Source: Oscillospiraceae bacterium (GTDB lineage Bacteria > Bacillota > Clostridia > Oscillospirales > CAG-272). From it: DNA of 64,000 nt. The position numbers were made by a program, and so were the translations under genes. This document shows positions 17,255 to 27,183 of this stretch, piece by piece. The stretch lies in assembly GCA_015064085.1 (NCBI GenBank), contig SVSX01000004.1, positions 1,528 through 65,527 of the forward strand, read 5' to 3'. How positions within the stretch are numbered: the first letter of the stretch is position 1; every line of letters starts with the position of its first letter. The notes under the pieces were generated by a model that saw only the letters and a program-made list of their open reading frames with translations, searched no databases and was not told the origin of the DNA.

Positions 17255-18520
17255 ATGGAAAGAAAAAAGATTTTAGTCATTGGCGGAGGATTGCGCGGCA
17301 AGACATACTCTACAATTGCCTTTAAGAATTCCGAAAAGTTTGAGGTCGTCGCCCTTGCAGAACCAATAAAGGAGCGTCGTCTATACCTACAAAAGGCGTT
17401 GAACCTCCCCGACTCAATGGTATTCGAAAGCTATGAGCCATTGCTCGAAATGCCGAAATTCGCCGACGCCGTCGTTATCGCGACAATGGATAGAGATCAT
17501 TTTATTCCTGCTATGGCGGCCATCAAAAAAGGCTATCACCTTCTGCTTGAAAAACCGATATCACCCATCCCCGAGGAATGCTTTATGATAGAGGAAGCGG
17601 CAAAAAGAAAAGGCGTCCACGTACTTGTGTGCCATGTACTCAGATATACGCCCTTCTTCAGGGCGTTGAAAAGTGTCATAGATGAAGGTATGCTTGGAAG
17701 AATAATCAGCATCCAGCATGAAGAGCCCGTTGGAAATGTTCATCAGTCCCACAGTTTTGTTAGAGGTAATTGGGCGAACAGCGACGAAAGCTCGTCAATG
17801 ATACTTCAGAAATCCTGCCACGATATGGACATTCTTCAGTGGCTTATCGGAAAGAACTGCCTGAGAGTCCAAAGCTTTGGTTCACTTAGTTACTTCAAAA
17901 GAGATAACGCTCCCGAGGGTTCGCCCGAATACTGCATCGACGGCTGTCCTCACGCCGATGAATGTGAATACAATGCAGTAAAGCTCTATCTTGACGACAA
18001 AAACAACGACTGGTTCAGAACTTCCTCTTCAAAAAGCTACACACCGACCGACGAGGATGTAGAAAGAGCCCTTCGAAATACCGAGTATGGAAAATGCGTC
18101 TTTAAATGCCGTAACAATGTTGTAGATCATCAAGTCGTTAACCTTGAGTTCGAGGACGAAATAACCTGCACCTTCAGTATGTGTGCCTTTTCAAGAGGAG
18201 CGAGAAGGATAAAGATAATGGGTACTGGCGGCGAGATAGTCGGCACTATGGGTCAGCCCACTCTGTCCTACACAAACTTTAAGACAAAGAGATCCGAGGA
18301 GATCCGTATTGCCGACAAAATTGTGGATGACACGATAGTCGGCGGACACGGAGGCGGTGACAGTGGCATCATCCACGCATTCTACGACCTGCTCTGCGGA
18401 AGGGAGAACATTTCCCTTTCCGATGTTTCGGTCTCGGTAAATAACCATATCATCGCCTTTGCCGCCGAACGCTCACGGGTTGAGGGACGAGTGGTGGAGA
18501 TCTCCGAATATAATCGTTAA
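17255..18520 (+). CDS. Gfo/Idh/MocA family oxidoreductase
   Basis: Rossmann N-terminus ILVIGGGLRGKTY, EKP motif (LLLEKPISP). Cys-rich insert YCIDGCPHADEC. Confidence 0.85.
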   Translation: MERKKILVIGGGLRGKTYSTIAFKNSEKFEVVALAEPIKERRLYLQKALNLPDSMVFESYEPLLEMPKFADAVVIATMDRDHFIPAMAAIKKGYHLLLEKPISPIPEECFMIEEAAKRKGVHVLVCHVLRYTPFFRALKSVIDEGMLGRIISIQHEEPVGNVHQSHSFVRGNWANSDESSSMILQKSCHDMDILQWLIGKNCLRVQSFGSLSYFKRDNAPEGSPEYCIDGCPHADECEYNAVKLYLDDKNNDWFRTSSSKSYTPTDEDVERALRNTEYGKCVFKCRNNVVDHQVVNLEFEDEITCTFSMCAFSRGARRIKIMGTGGEIVGTMGQPTLSYTNFKTKRSEEIRIADKIVDDTIVGGHGGGDSGIIHAFYDLLCGRENISLSDVSVSVNNHIIAFAAERSRVEGRVVEISEYNR

Positions 18521-18523
18521 CCT

Positions 18524-19006
18524 TTACTTTTCGAAGCCGTGAATAAATCCCGTAACGTCGGCTGAGCAGATATCTCCGCCTATAACACGGTTTCTGTAAA
18601 TTATCAGATTTGCGTAAACAGTTCCATCGTAGCCGTTGTAATTCGTGATCTCATATGTATAACGCATTACGTTCTTTTTCTTGTACTTGGAAAGGTCGAG
18701 TCCCTGACGCTTCTGTATCTCGTTATATCCCGTGAACACCTTGTCGAATTCGTTCGGGATCGTCACCTCGGAGGCTGTGACGGCTTCTGCCTTGACCTCC
18801 CAGCCGAACTGAGAAAGGAATTCTATTCGGTCTTCGTTAGTCTTGATCTTATCATAGCTGATACTCGCATCCTTAGACACGGTTTGGTCAACAACAGAAT
18901 CTCCGTAATCGGGAACAAACGCTATAAGGGTAATAAGTGCCACAAGGGCAACGCAAATGACCGCAAAAAACTTTATTGTACTTGCGCGTAAAGAATAAAT
19001 AAACAT
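18524..19006 (-). CDS. membrane-anchored hypothetical protein (DUF4830-like, from memory)
   Basis: 160 aa with an N-terminal TM helix (FFAVICVALVALITLIAF). GGAGGG RBS. Located downstream of a rodA-family gene. Confidence 0.55.
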   Translation of the reverse strand: MFIYSLRASTIKFFAVICVALVALITLIAFVPDYGDSVVDQTVSKDASISYDKIKTNEDRIEFLSQFGWEVKAEAVTASEVTIPNEFDKVFTGYNEIQKRQGLDLSKYKKKNVMRYTYEITNYNGYDGTVYANLIIYRNRVIGGDICSADVTGFIHGFEK

Positions 19007-19011
19007 AGAGA

Positions 19012-19053
19012 AATCCCTCCAAAATATAATTCATTAGAATTATATTGGAGGGA
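19012..19053 (-). promoter_or_regulatory. hairpin that pairs the RBS of the DUF4830-like gene (also terminator-like for rodA)
   Basis: ATCCCTCCAA(AA)TATAATTC-ATTA-GAATTATATTGGAGGGAT. On the minus-strand RNA, the GGAGGGA RBS 8 nt before the ATG lies in the 3' arm. Confidence 0.35.
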
Positions 19054-19073
19054 TATCCTTTTTATGACGGATT

Positions 19074-20207
19074 TTAAAGTCCTCTGCCAAAATTGAGCTT
19101 TCGCTCATGGGCTCTTATACTATGAACAAGTCCCATTATAATATAAAGGGCAAGCATAGACGATCCGCCCGCGCTCATAAACGGAAGCGTTATACCGACA
19201 ACGGGTATCAGCGCAAAACACATACCGATGTTCTCAAGGGTCTGCAATATAAATATCGCTCCGATGCCAAAGCACATAAGTCGCCCGACATTATCGGAAA
19301 TATGGAGCGCAATATAAAATATTCGCACAACTATCACAAGGAGGGCGATGAGCACGAGCGTGCCTCCGAAAAATCCGAATTTCTCACAAACCGTGGCGAA
19401 AATAAAATCAGTGTGCGAGGCGGCAAGATCCTCGTATACCTCACCGCCTAAAAGTCCTTCGCCGAAAAATCCTCCTCGAGATATAGCGTCAACGCTCATA
19501 AGCGGCTGTCTGCCGTATCCGAAGGGATCGAGCTCGGGATTGAATCCATAGATTATTCTGTCCTGCTGATACGGTGCGAGCATATCCCACAAAAACGGGA
19601 GCGCGACACAGGCAGCTATCAAGAATCCGAGGAAATACCAAAGTGAGAGTCCACCGCAGAAAAGCATTACGGCTATTATCCCAAGATACACAAGGGAAAC
19701 ACCCAGATCGCCCGACACAAGTATAAGTCCGACTATAAGCCCCGCATGGCAGATAAGCAAAAGAACTGTCACGGGCTTATTTATTTTATCTCTCACGATA
19801 TCGATATGCTTGGCAAAGGAACAGACAAAGGTTATTTTAACAAACTCCGAGGGCTGGATCATCGGTCCTGAGGGCCAGAGTCTGAGCCAGCTTTTGTTTG
19901 CCGTGTCCATATTCTCTCCGCTCTTACCTATAATAAGCGTCAGAGCGAGAAGCGCCGCCGACGCAACGAGCATAAAGAGCCAGAATCGATCCACAAAGAA
20001 GCTGTAATTAACGTTTGCGATCACAAGCATCATTAAAAGTCCTACCACCGTCATCGCGATCTGCATCTTAAGCTTGCTCTGCCCAAAGTTATCTACAGCG
20101 CCGAATATCGTCAATATACTGAAAAGCGAAAGAAAGGCAGTAGATCCAAAAAGCACGGGATCAAGCTGCTTTATTATATTTAATAACGGTGATCCTCGCC
20201 GTCTCAT
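19074..20207 (-). CDS. FtsW/RodA/SpoVE family peptidoglycan glycosyltransferase
   Basis: 377 aa and about 10 TM segments. Motifs QPSEFVK, TDFIFA and LPFMSAGGSS are characteristic of SEDS proteins. Confidence 0.9.
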   Translation of the reverse strand: MRRRGSPLLNIIKQLDPVLFGSTAFLSLFSILTIFGAVDNFGQSKLKMQIAMTVVGLLMMLVIANVNYSFFVDRFWLFMLVASAALLALTLIIGKSGENMDTANKSWLRLWPSGPMIQPSEFVKITFVCSFAKHIDIVRDKINKPVTVLLLICHAGLIVGLILVSGDLGVSLVYLGIIAVMLFCGGLSLWYFLGFLIAACVALPFLWDMLAPYQQDRIIYGFNPELDPFGYGRQPLMSVDAISRGGFFGEGLLGGEVYEDLAASHTDFIFATVCEKFGFFGGTLVLIALLVIVVRIFYIALHISDNVGRLMCFGIGAIFILQTLENIGMCFALIPVVGITLPFMSAGGSSMLALYIIMGLVHSIRAHERKLNFGRGL

Positions 20208-20268
20208 CTCTGCCTCCTATTTTTTTGGGGAGAAATCCTTATAAAAATTTCTCCCCTCTTCTTGTCTA

Positions 20269-21708
20269 TTAATACTGTCTTCCCCAAACCACCATATGCT
20301 TTGCGGGTTTTCCACAGCATACGCAGGTATCGGCGATGTGATCCTCAACAAAGGGAATGCAACGGGACTTAACTCCGCCCGTCTCCTCCTTGAGCTTATC
20401 CTCACACTCAGCGTCTCCACACCACATTGCCTTGATAAATCCCGGACGGTTCTCGGCAATTTCAAGGAATTCCTCGTGGTTATGGGCAACACTTGTCTTC
20501 TCCGCAAGGTTTCTTGCCGCTCTGTCGTAAAGCTCCTTGTGAACGTTTGCGAGAGCCTTCTCAACCTCTTCAACGATGTTATCAAGGGATACGGCTACCT
20601 TTTCTCTCGTTACACGGCTTACAAGAACGCAGGAATTATTCTCAATATCTCTCGGTCCGAGCTCGAGACGAACGGGAACGCCCTTCATCTCGTACTGGCT
20701 AAACTTCCAACCTGTTGAGTAATCGCTGTCGTCAAGCTTGACTCTGAACTTCTCGCAAAGCTCGTTCTTAAGTGCCGTTGCTCTTTCAAGAACGCCCTCC
20801 TTGTGCTGAGCGATCGGAATGATGGCAACCTGAATGGGAGCTACCTTAGGAGGAAGTATAAGACCGTTATCATCTCCGTGAGTCATTATGATCGCGCCTA
20901 TCATTCTTGTGGATGCGCCCCAAGAGGTCTGATGGGGATAGCGGATCTTGTTCTCTCTGTCTGTAAAGGTAATATCGAATGCCTTCGCGAATCCGTCGCC
21001 GAAATAGTGTGACGTACCGCCCTGAAGAGCCACGCCGTTGTGCATCATGGGTTCGATGGTATAGGTCTCCTTAGCTCCCGCGAACTTTTCCTTCTCGGTC
21101 TTACGTCCCGTAACAGCCGGAATAGCAAGAGTTTCACTGTAGAAATCCTCATAAACCTTGAGCATCTGAAGTGTCTCTTCCCTTGCCTCTTCCTCAGTCT
21201 CGTGCATTGTGTGACCTTCCTGCCAAAGGAATTCCGAGGTGCGGAGGAAGGGACGAGTGGTCTTCTCCCAACGAACAACGTTACACCACTGATTATAGAG
21301 CTTGGGAAGATCTCTGTAGGAGTGGATAATATTCTTATAATGGTCGCAGAAGAGCGTCTCCGACGTAGGGCGCACAATAAGTCTCTCGGCGAGCTTATTC
21401 TGACCGCCCATAGTTACTATAGCGCACTCGGGAGCAAAGCCCTCAACGTGGTCCTTCTCCTTCTGAAGAAGGCTTTCGGGGATAAACATAGGCATATATA
21501 CGTTCTCGTGTCCAAGTCTCTTGAAGCGAGCGTCCATATCGTGCTGCATATTTTCCCATATTGCGTATCCGTAGGGGCGGATTATCATACAGCCCTTAAC
21601 TCCCGAATAATCGGCAAGCTCCGCCTTTTTTACAACGTCTGTATACCATTGAGCAAAATCAACGTCCATAGATGTGATCTGCTCAACCATTTTCTTATCG
21701 TTTGCCAT
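20269..21708 (-). CDS. proS: proline--tRNA ligase (archaeal/eukaryote-like short type)
   Basis: [35 protein letters not shown] plus class II motifs. Start set at MANDKK (21708), downstream of the predicted promoter. The track start 21771 lies between the -35 and -10 hexamers of that promoter. Confidence 0.92.
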   Translation of the reverse strand: MANDKKMVEQITSMDVDFAQWYTDVVKKAELADYSGVKGCMIIRPYGYAIWENMQHDMDARFKRLGHENVYMPMFIPESLLQKEKDHVEGFAPECAIVTMGGQNKLAERLIVRPTSETLFCDHYKNIIHSYRDLPKLYNQWCNVVRWEKTTRPFLRTSEFLWQEGHTMHETEEEAREETLQMLKVYEDFYSETLAIPAVTGRKTEKEKFAGAKETYTIEPMMHNGVALQGGTSHYFGDGFAKAFDITFTDRENKIRYPHQTSWGASTRMIGAIIMTHGDDNGLILPPKVAPIQVAIIPIAQHKEGVLERATALKNELCEKFRVKLDDSDYSTGWKFSQYEMKGVPVRLELGPRDIENNSCVLVSRVTREKVAVSLDNIVEEVEKALANVHKELYDRAARNLAEKTSVAHNHEEFLEIAENRPGFIKAMWCGDAECEDKLKEETGGVKSRCIPFVEDHIADTCVCCGKPAKHMVVWGRQY

Positions 21709-21759
21709 TTTTAATATCCTTTCTGAAATAAAAATACACATTATCATCCATAATAATAT

Positions 21760-21788
21760 ATTATATAACATCTCGACGTTATTGTCAA
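21760..21788 (-). promoter_or_regulatory. consensus sigma-A promoter for proS
   Basis: Minus strand reads TTGACA (21788..21783), a 17-nt spacer, then TATAAT (21765..21760). Confidence 0.6.
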
Positions 21789-21806
21789 GAGATTAGGGGG
21801 ATAAAA

Positions 21807-22607
21807 GTGAAAAAAGAGGCAGAAAAAGATAGTGTAAGCAACATTTTGGGAATAAATTTTGACGGCTCGGGAAACCAAAGGATAAAGGAAAAGGCGGCTG
21901 CGGCACTCAATGGTGTATCGGGGAAACGTATATTCACGCCCAACGTTGAGATTCTTCACAGATGTCATATATCGGACGAGCTCAGGTCGCTTATCAATTC
22001 AGCTGACATTGTAATTCCCGACGGCGCGGGGGTTATACTCGCATCAAAACTGCTAAGAGGGTCGCTCACAGAAAGGTTTGCGGGGATAGATATGGGAGAA
22101 TACCTTCTCTCCTTAGCCGATGAAAGCTCTCTCAGGGTCTTTCTTCTCGGTGGTGAGGAAGGGGTTGCCGAGAGAGCGGCGACTCGACTTTCGGCTAAAT
22201 ATCCCAACGTGATCTTTTGCGGAACACATCACGGTTTTTTTGAAAAAAACGGAGAGGAAAATGATGCCGTCGTGAATGAGATAAACCGTGCCTTACCGCA
22301 TATCCTTTTTGTCTGTCTGGGATTTCCGTGTCAGGAAAAATGGATAAACGAAAATTACAGGCGTATCCCTTCCCTGCGACTTACAATAGGACTTGGAGGC
22401 AGCCTCAACGTATGGTCGGGAAGGATCAGACGCGCACCAAAGATATTCAGACAAATTTACCTCGAATGGCTTTGGAGAATTCTGCAACAGCCCCAAAAAA
22501 TAAGTTTTTTTCTTACTCTTCCGTCTTTTCTTTTCACAGTCATAAAGGAAAGACAACGAATCCTCCATCCTTCTCACAGCAAACCGCCAATAGCTCCAAA
22601 AGGATAA
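21807..22607 (+). CDS. WecB/TagA/CpsF family glycosyltransferase (ManNAc transferase-like)
   Basis: TPNVEILH, IPDGAGVILASKLL, FVCLGFPCQEKW, GLGGSL. GTG start with an AGGGGGA RBS. Confidence 0.85.
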   Translation: MKKEAEKDSVSNILGINFDGSGNQRIKEKAAAALNGVSGKRIFTPNVEILHRCHISDELRSLINSADIVIPDGAGVILASKLLRGSLTERFAGIDMGEYLLSLADESSLRVFLLGGEEGVAERAATRLSAKYPNVIFCGTHHGFFEKNGEENDAVVNEINRALPHILFVCLGFPCQEKWINENYRRIPSLRLTIGLGGSLNVWSGRIRRAPKIFRQIYLEWLWRILQQPQKISFFLTLPSFLFTVIKERQRILHPSHSKPPIAPKG

Positions 22608-22808
22608 TAATGCAAAATGTCATTTATTTTTAGTTTTTATGACAAGAATTGTGCAAACTGACAAAATTGATAAATTTTAATCAAACCCCTTGTATATTTG
22701 CGGAAAATGAGTTAAAATATATAATTGAGGAAACGTGGCTTGGCGTTCTGTCTTGCCCCTTTCATACAAAGAAAAAAATTTTTTATTATAAAATGGAGGA
22801 TTTTTACC

Positions 22809-23825
22809 ATGTCAGTAAAAGTTGCTATTAACGGCTTTGGCCGTATCGGACGTCTTGCTTTCAGACAGATGTTCGGCGCAGAGGGCTACGAGGTAGTTGC
22901 TATCAACGACCTTACCGCTCCTAAGATGCTCGCTCACCTTCTGAAGTACGACACAGCTCAGGGCAAGTACGCTCTCGCTGACACCGTTTCCGCTGATGAC
23001 ACAAGCATCACAGTTGACGGTAAGACAATCAAGATCTATGCTGAGAAGGACGCTGCTAACTGCCCTTGGGGTGAGCTTGGTGTTGACGTTGTTCTCGAGT
23101 GCACAGGCTTCTACTGCTCCACAGAGAAGTCGATGGCTCACATCAACGCAGGCGCTAAGAAGGTCGTTATTTCCGCTCCCGCAGGAAAGGATCTTAAGAC
23201 CATCGTTTACAGCGTAAACGAGAAAACTCTCACAGCTGATGACAAGATCATCTCTGCTGCATCCTGCACAACAAACTGCCTCGCTCCCATGGCTAAGGCT
23301 CTTAACGAGTACGCACCCATTCAGAGCGGTATTATGACAACTGTTCACGCTTACACAGGTGACCAGATGATCCTTGACGGTCCTCACAGAAAGGGTGACC
23401 TCCGCCGCGCACGTGCTGGCGCACAGAACATCGTTCCTAACTCCACCGGTGCTGCAAAGGCTATCGGACTTGTTATCCCCGAGCTCAACGGCAAGCTCAT
23501 CGGTTCTGCTCAGAGAGTTCCTACCTGCACAGGTTCTACAACAATTCTTGTTGCTGTTGTTAAGGGCAAGGACGTTACAGTTGAGGGAATCAACGCTGCT
23601 ATGAAGGCTGCTGCTTCCGCTTCCTTCGGTTACAACACAGACGAGATCGTTTCTTCCGACGTTATCGGTATGACATACGGTTCTCTCTTCGATGCAACTC
23701 AGACAATGGTTGCTAAGATCGATGACGACACATATCAGGTACAGGTTGTTTCTTGGTACGACAACGAGAACTCCTACACAAGCCAGATGGTTCGTACGAT
23801 CAAGTACTTCGCAGAGCTCAACTAA
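22809..23825 (+). CDS. gap: type I glyceraldehyde-3-phosphate dehydrogenase
   Basis: [15 protein letters not shown] and the active site [12 protein letters not shown]. Start at 22809 with a GGAGGA RBS. The track N-terminal extension is non-homologous. Confidence 0.97.
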   Translation: MSVKVAINGFGRIGRLAFRQMFGAEGYEVVAINDLTAPKMLAHLLKYDTAQGKYALADTVSADDTSITVDGKTIKIYAEKDAANCPWGELGVDVVLECTGFYCSTEKSMAHINAGAKKVVISAPAGKDLKTIVYSVNEKTLTADDKIISAASCTTNCLAPMAKALNEYAPIQSGIMTTVHAYTGDQMILDGPHRKGDLRRARAGAQNIVPNSTGAAKAIGLVIPELNGKLIGSAQRVPTCTGSTTILVAVVKGKDVTVEGINAAMKAAASASFGYNTDEIVSSDVIGMTYGSLFDATQTMVAKIDDDTYQVQVVSWYDNENSYTSQMVRTIKYFAELN

Positions 23826-23840
23826 TCATATAGTAAAAAA

Positions 23841-23873
23841 GACCTCTCTTCATTGCGAAGAGAGGTCCTTTTT
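23841..23873. terminator. intrinsic terminator after gap (bidirectional)
   Basis: GACCTCTCTTC-ATTGC-GAAGAGAGGTC flanked by A-run and T-run. Confidence 0.8.
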
Positions 23874-23879
23874 AATAAG

Positions 23880-23920
23880 AAAGAGGCTGTCTCAAATTTT
23901 GTTTTTGAGACAGCCTCTTT
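23880..23920. repeat. second hairpin; GCTGTCTCAAAT-family element with a conserved 3' tail
   Basis: AAAGAGGCTGTCTCAAA, a loop, then TTTGAGACAGCCTCTTT. The segment 23879-23946 is nearly identical to 63934-64000. Confidence 0.75.
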
Positions 23921-23998
23921 TAGTGTACAGTCAGATTTGAGCAAGAAGCGTCGCTCTTCGGGGAATTCGGTCTTACCAAATGTAACAGCACCTTTTAT

Positions 23999-24325
23999 TT
24001 ACGTACAATCAAAATATACCCAAGCGAGTATTGCCTGAACAAGCATCTGTGTCTGGAATGAGGGCTGTAAAAGTGCCGTGATGAAATTTGCCGCGGAGAG
24101 TATGCAAACGATAACCGCGAAAACTCTGCAAACGTCGATCTTAACCTTGAAAAGTCCCATAATTCCCGTGACAAACATCAAAACACCAACGGCACAGGAT
24201 AGTATTCCCGATACGTCAAACTCAAGCAGAAGCTCGAGGGTTCTGATGACCGAATCAAGTCCAAAAGCAATAAATACAAGGCTTATAAGTATTCTTGTTA
24301 ATTGAGCTTTTCCCTTTTTAGCCAT
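23999..24325 (-). CDS. small hypothetical membrane protein
   Basis: 108 aa with 3 hydrophobic helices. GGAGAA RBS directly after the glyQS stop, so likely co-transcribed. Confidence 0.6.
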   Translation of the reverse strand: MAKKGKAQLTRILISLVFIAFGLDSVIRTLELLLEFDVSGILSCAVGVLMFVTGIMGLFKVKIDVCRVFAVIVCILSAANFITALLQPSFQTQMLVQAILAWVYFDCT

Positions 24326-24337
24326 AGCGTTCTCCTA

Positions 24338-25735
24338 TTAATACGCGAGTACGTTATCAATATAGCTCTTAAGATCTGCTATCGGAATTCTTACCTGCTC
24401 CATTGTGTCTCTGTCACGAACGGTTACGCAACCGTCTGTTTCGGAATCAAAGTCATATGTGATGCAAAGAGGTGTTCCGATCTCGTCCTGACGGCGATAT
24501 CTCTTACCGATAGATCCTGCCTCGTCAAACTCAACGTTAAAGTACTTCGCAAGCTCGTCATATACCTCTCCTGCCTTCTCGGAAAGCTTCTTGGAAAGAG
24601 GAAGAACTGCTGCCTTAACGGGAGCGAGGAACGGATGGAGGTGAAGTACAACGCGAACGTCGTTCTTCTCAGCGTCGATGACCTCTTCGTCATATGCCTC
24701 AACGAGGAACGCGAGAGCGACTCTGTCCGCTCCGAGAGAAGGCTCAACAACGTAAGGAACGTATTTTTCATTGGTTTCGGGATCGAAGTACATCATATCC
24801 TTACCGCTGTGGTTAGCGTGCTGTGTGAGGTCATAATCGGTTCTGTCGGCTACGCCCCAAAGCTCTCCCCAACCGAAGGGGAAAAGATACTCAAAGTCGG
24901 TCGTTGCCTTGGAGTAGAAGCAAAGCTCCTCAGGGCTATGATCGCGAAGCTTGAGATTTTCGGGCTTCATTCCGAGATCGAGAAGGAACTTTTCGCAATA
25001 GTCCTTCCAGAATTTGAACCATTCAAGGTCTGTTCCGGGCTTACAGAAGAACTCAAGCTCCATCTGCTCGAACTCTCTTGTTCTGAAGGTAAAGTTACCG
25101 GGGGTGATCTCGTTTCTGAAGGACTTACCTATCTGGCATACGCCGAAGGGAAGCTTCTTACGTGTTGAACGCTGAACAGACGCAAAGTTAACGAAGATAC
25201 CCTGAGCCGTCTCGGGACGGAGATAAAGCTGTGTGGTAGAGTCCTCGGTTACACCCTGATACGTCTTGAACATAAGGTTAAATTTCTTGATATCGGTAAA
25301 TTCTGTGCTTCCGCAATCGGGGCAGACAATTCCCTTTTCTTTGATATAAGCAGCCATCTCGTCGAAGGTCCAACCTGCGGGGTTATCCTCAAGACCGTTC
25401 TGGAAAGCATACTCCTCGATAAGCTTATCCGCTCTGTGGCGCACCTTACAAGCCTTACAGTCCATAAGGGGATCGGAAAATCCGCCAACGTGACCCGAAG
25501 CTACCCAGGTTTCGGGGTTCATAATGATCGCGCTGTCGAGTCCGACATTATATTTGCACTCCTGAACGAATTTCTTCCACCAAGCCTTCTTTACGTTGTT
25601 CTTGAATTCAACACCGAGAGGGCCGTAGTCCCAGGAGTTTGCGAGACCGCCGTAGATCTCAGAGCCGGGGAAAATAAAGCCTCGGTTCTTACAGAGGGCA
25701 ACGATCTTCTCCATCGTTTTATTCTTGTTTTCCAT
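24338..25735 (-). CDS. glyQS: glycine--tRNA ligase (alpha2 type)
   Basis: [59 protein letters not shown]. 465 aa. Confidence 0.96.
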   Translation of the reverse strand: MENKNKTMEKIVALCKNRGFIFPGSEIYGGLANSWDYGPLGVEFKNNVKKAWWKKFVQECKYNVGLDSAIIMNPETWVASGHVGGFSDPLMDCKACKVRHRADKLIEEYAFQNGLEDNPAGWTFDEMAAYIKEKGIVCPDCGSTEFTDIKKFNLMFKTYQGVTEDSTTQLYLRPETAQGIFVNFASVQRSTRKKLPFGVCQIGKSFRNEITPGNFTFRTREFEQMELEFFCKPGTDLEWFKFWKDYCEKFLLDLGMKPENLKLRDHSPEELCFYSKATTDFEYLFPFGWGELWGVADRTDYDLTQHANHSGKDMMYFDPETNEKYVPYVVEPSLGADRVALAFLVEAYDEEVIDAEKNDVRVVLHLHPFLAPVKAAVLPLSKKLSEKAGEVYDELAKYFNVEFDEAGSIGKRYRRQDEIGTPLCITYDFDSETDGCVTVRDRDTMEQVRIPIADLKSYIDNVLAY

Positions 25736-25819
25736 AGTTTTTACACACCTTTCTAAAAACAGAAAATATTATTATAAACAAATTTAATTCTATCACAGAA
25801 ATCGAATATTGTCAAGTAT

Positions 25820-27163
25820 TTATTTACCTGCAATGCTCATATTTCTCACAAGTATCTCGGGAGCGCCGTAAGAGGTGAAGCAGGAAGGAAGTCCGAAGGT
25901 CACCTCGGAGGATATATCCTCAACCGACTTCAAGAGCTCAAAGAAATTACCCGCAACGGTAAAGGACTTAACAGCCTCGGCTATCTTTCCGTCCCTTATA
26001 CGGAAGCCCTCTGAGTCGATAGAGAAATCTCCCGTAACAGCGTTTGCTCCTGCATGGAGACCCTTTAGGGCGGTTATATATATTCCGTCCTTAACTGTTG
26101 CGCAAAGCTCCTCAAAGGTCTTTTTACCGCCCTCTATATAGAAGCTGTAGGGCGCGATAGTCACAGGCTCTGCATATACGCTTCTCTGCCCGTTAGCAGT
26201 CGATTCTCTTCCCGCCTTCATAGCGCTTGTAAGATCGTAAAGAAGGGTGTTAAGAACGCCATTTTCGATAACGGTCTTTCTGTAGGTAGCAACGCCCTCA
26301 CCGTCAAACGAGGTCTGCGCCGCGCAGCCTTCTCTTCTCGGATCATCAACTATAGTTACGCAATCCGAGGCGATCTTCTGTCCCTCCTTACCCGCGAGTA
26401 AGGAAAGACCGAGCTGTGCGCTTCTTCCCGAAAATACCGAGCTGAAGGTCGAGAGAAGGGCTCTCGTCTGCTTTGAGGAGAATATAACGTCGTATTTTCC
26501 GCTCTCTACCTCCTTTGCGCCAAGCTTTGCTATAGCTCCGTCAACGGCTTTTTTGGAGAGCGCAAGGGTGGTATCGTCGTCAAGCTTATCTGTTGACTCA
26601 AAGCTCTCCTCCGACTCCCCGTCGCGATTTATAACCGCCTGAACGTAAGCACCTACCGTTTTATACTTATTTTCAAGATCGAGTCCCTTCGAGTTTATAA
26701 GTCTGAACTCGGATTCGCCCGAAAAAACGTAGCTCTGAGTTCCATCGGTAACAAGCTCACTGACACCGTAGGTATTCTCCTGCATTTTCAGCGCCTTTTC
26801 CTTTATCTCAGCAGCACCGGGTATCTTGATCTCGGGCATATTTGTTTTTTCATAGGAGCTTGAGCCCTCAAAAATAATTGCGGGATCGTCACTCTCGATA
26901 ATTCTCGCGTTTGCCTCAGCGCGCTTGACGATAGCTCTCATCTCCTCGGGGGTGATAAGCTCACTCGAAGCCGAGCCCATTTTACCGTCAACGACACAAC
27001 GGAAGCAAGCGCCTCCCGATACGCCGTAAGCAAAAGCCGAGATCTCATTTTTCAGTGTTTCTGCCGAGACCGAGGAATCCGAGGTATAGAAAAGCTCGTA
27101 TTCGGTAAGTCCAAGCTCGCTTGCGGCATCAAAAACAGTTTGCTTTATATCTTCAAATTTCAT
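25820..27163 (-). CDS. pmbA: PmbA/TldE-type metalloprotease partner subunit
   Basis: TldD/PmbA-family C-terminus (GDFSIDSEGFRIRDGK) without an HExxxH motif. Start set at MKFEDIK (27163). Confidence 0.85.
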   Translation of the reverse strand: MKFEDIKQTVFDAASELGLTEYELFYTSDSSVSAETLKNEISAFAYGVSGGACFRCVVDGKMGSASSELITPEEMRAIVKRAEANARIIESDDPAIIFEGSSSYEKTNMPEIKIPGAAEIKEKALKMQENTYGVSELVTDGTQSYVFSGESEFRLINSKGLDLENKYKTVGAYVQAVINRDGESEESFESTDKLDDDTTLALSKKAVDGAIAKLGAKEVESGKYDVIFSSKQTRALLSTFSSVFSGRSAQLGLSLLAGKEGQKIASDCVTIVDDPRREGCAAQTSFDGEGVATYRKTVIENGVLNTLLYDLTSAMKAGRESTANGQRSVYAEPVTIAPYSFYIEGGKKTFEELCATVKDGIYITALKGLHAGANAVTGDFSIDSEGFRIRDGKIAEAVKSFTVAGNFFELLKSVEDISSEVTFGLPSCFTSYGAPEILVRNMSIAGK

Positions 27164-27183
27164 AAAAAAGCCACCTTTCTCTA

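Noticed and set aside
19046-19090. 10-codon plus-strand mini-ORF (MTDFKVLCQN) behind a GGAGGGA motif
   Set aside because: The GGAGGGA is simply the complementary arm of the hairpin that contains the minus-strand RBS. No plus-strand promoter is evident.
21738-21778. dif-like sequence (CATAA-TAATAT-ATTATATAACAT region) near the strand-switch zone
   Set aside because: Only about 8/11 and 5-6/11 matches to the B. subtilis dif arms, depending on register. The AT-rich stretch is better explained as the TATAAT region of the proS promoter.
22650-22667. Possible Rex or cre-type operator (TTGTGCAAACTGACAA) upstream of gap
   Set aside because: The half-site spacing of 16 bp does not fit the 18-20-bp Rex consensus, and it does not match the cre consensus TGWAANCGNTNWCA. 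The evidence is too weak.
24302-25168. 288-aa plus-strand ORF
   Set aside because: It is antisense to glyQS, which has unmistakable GlyRS motifs. It is a shadow ORF.
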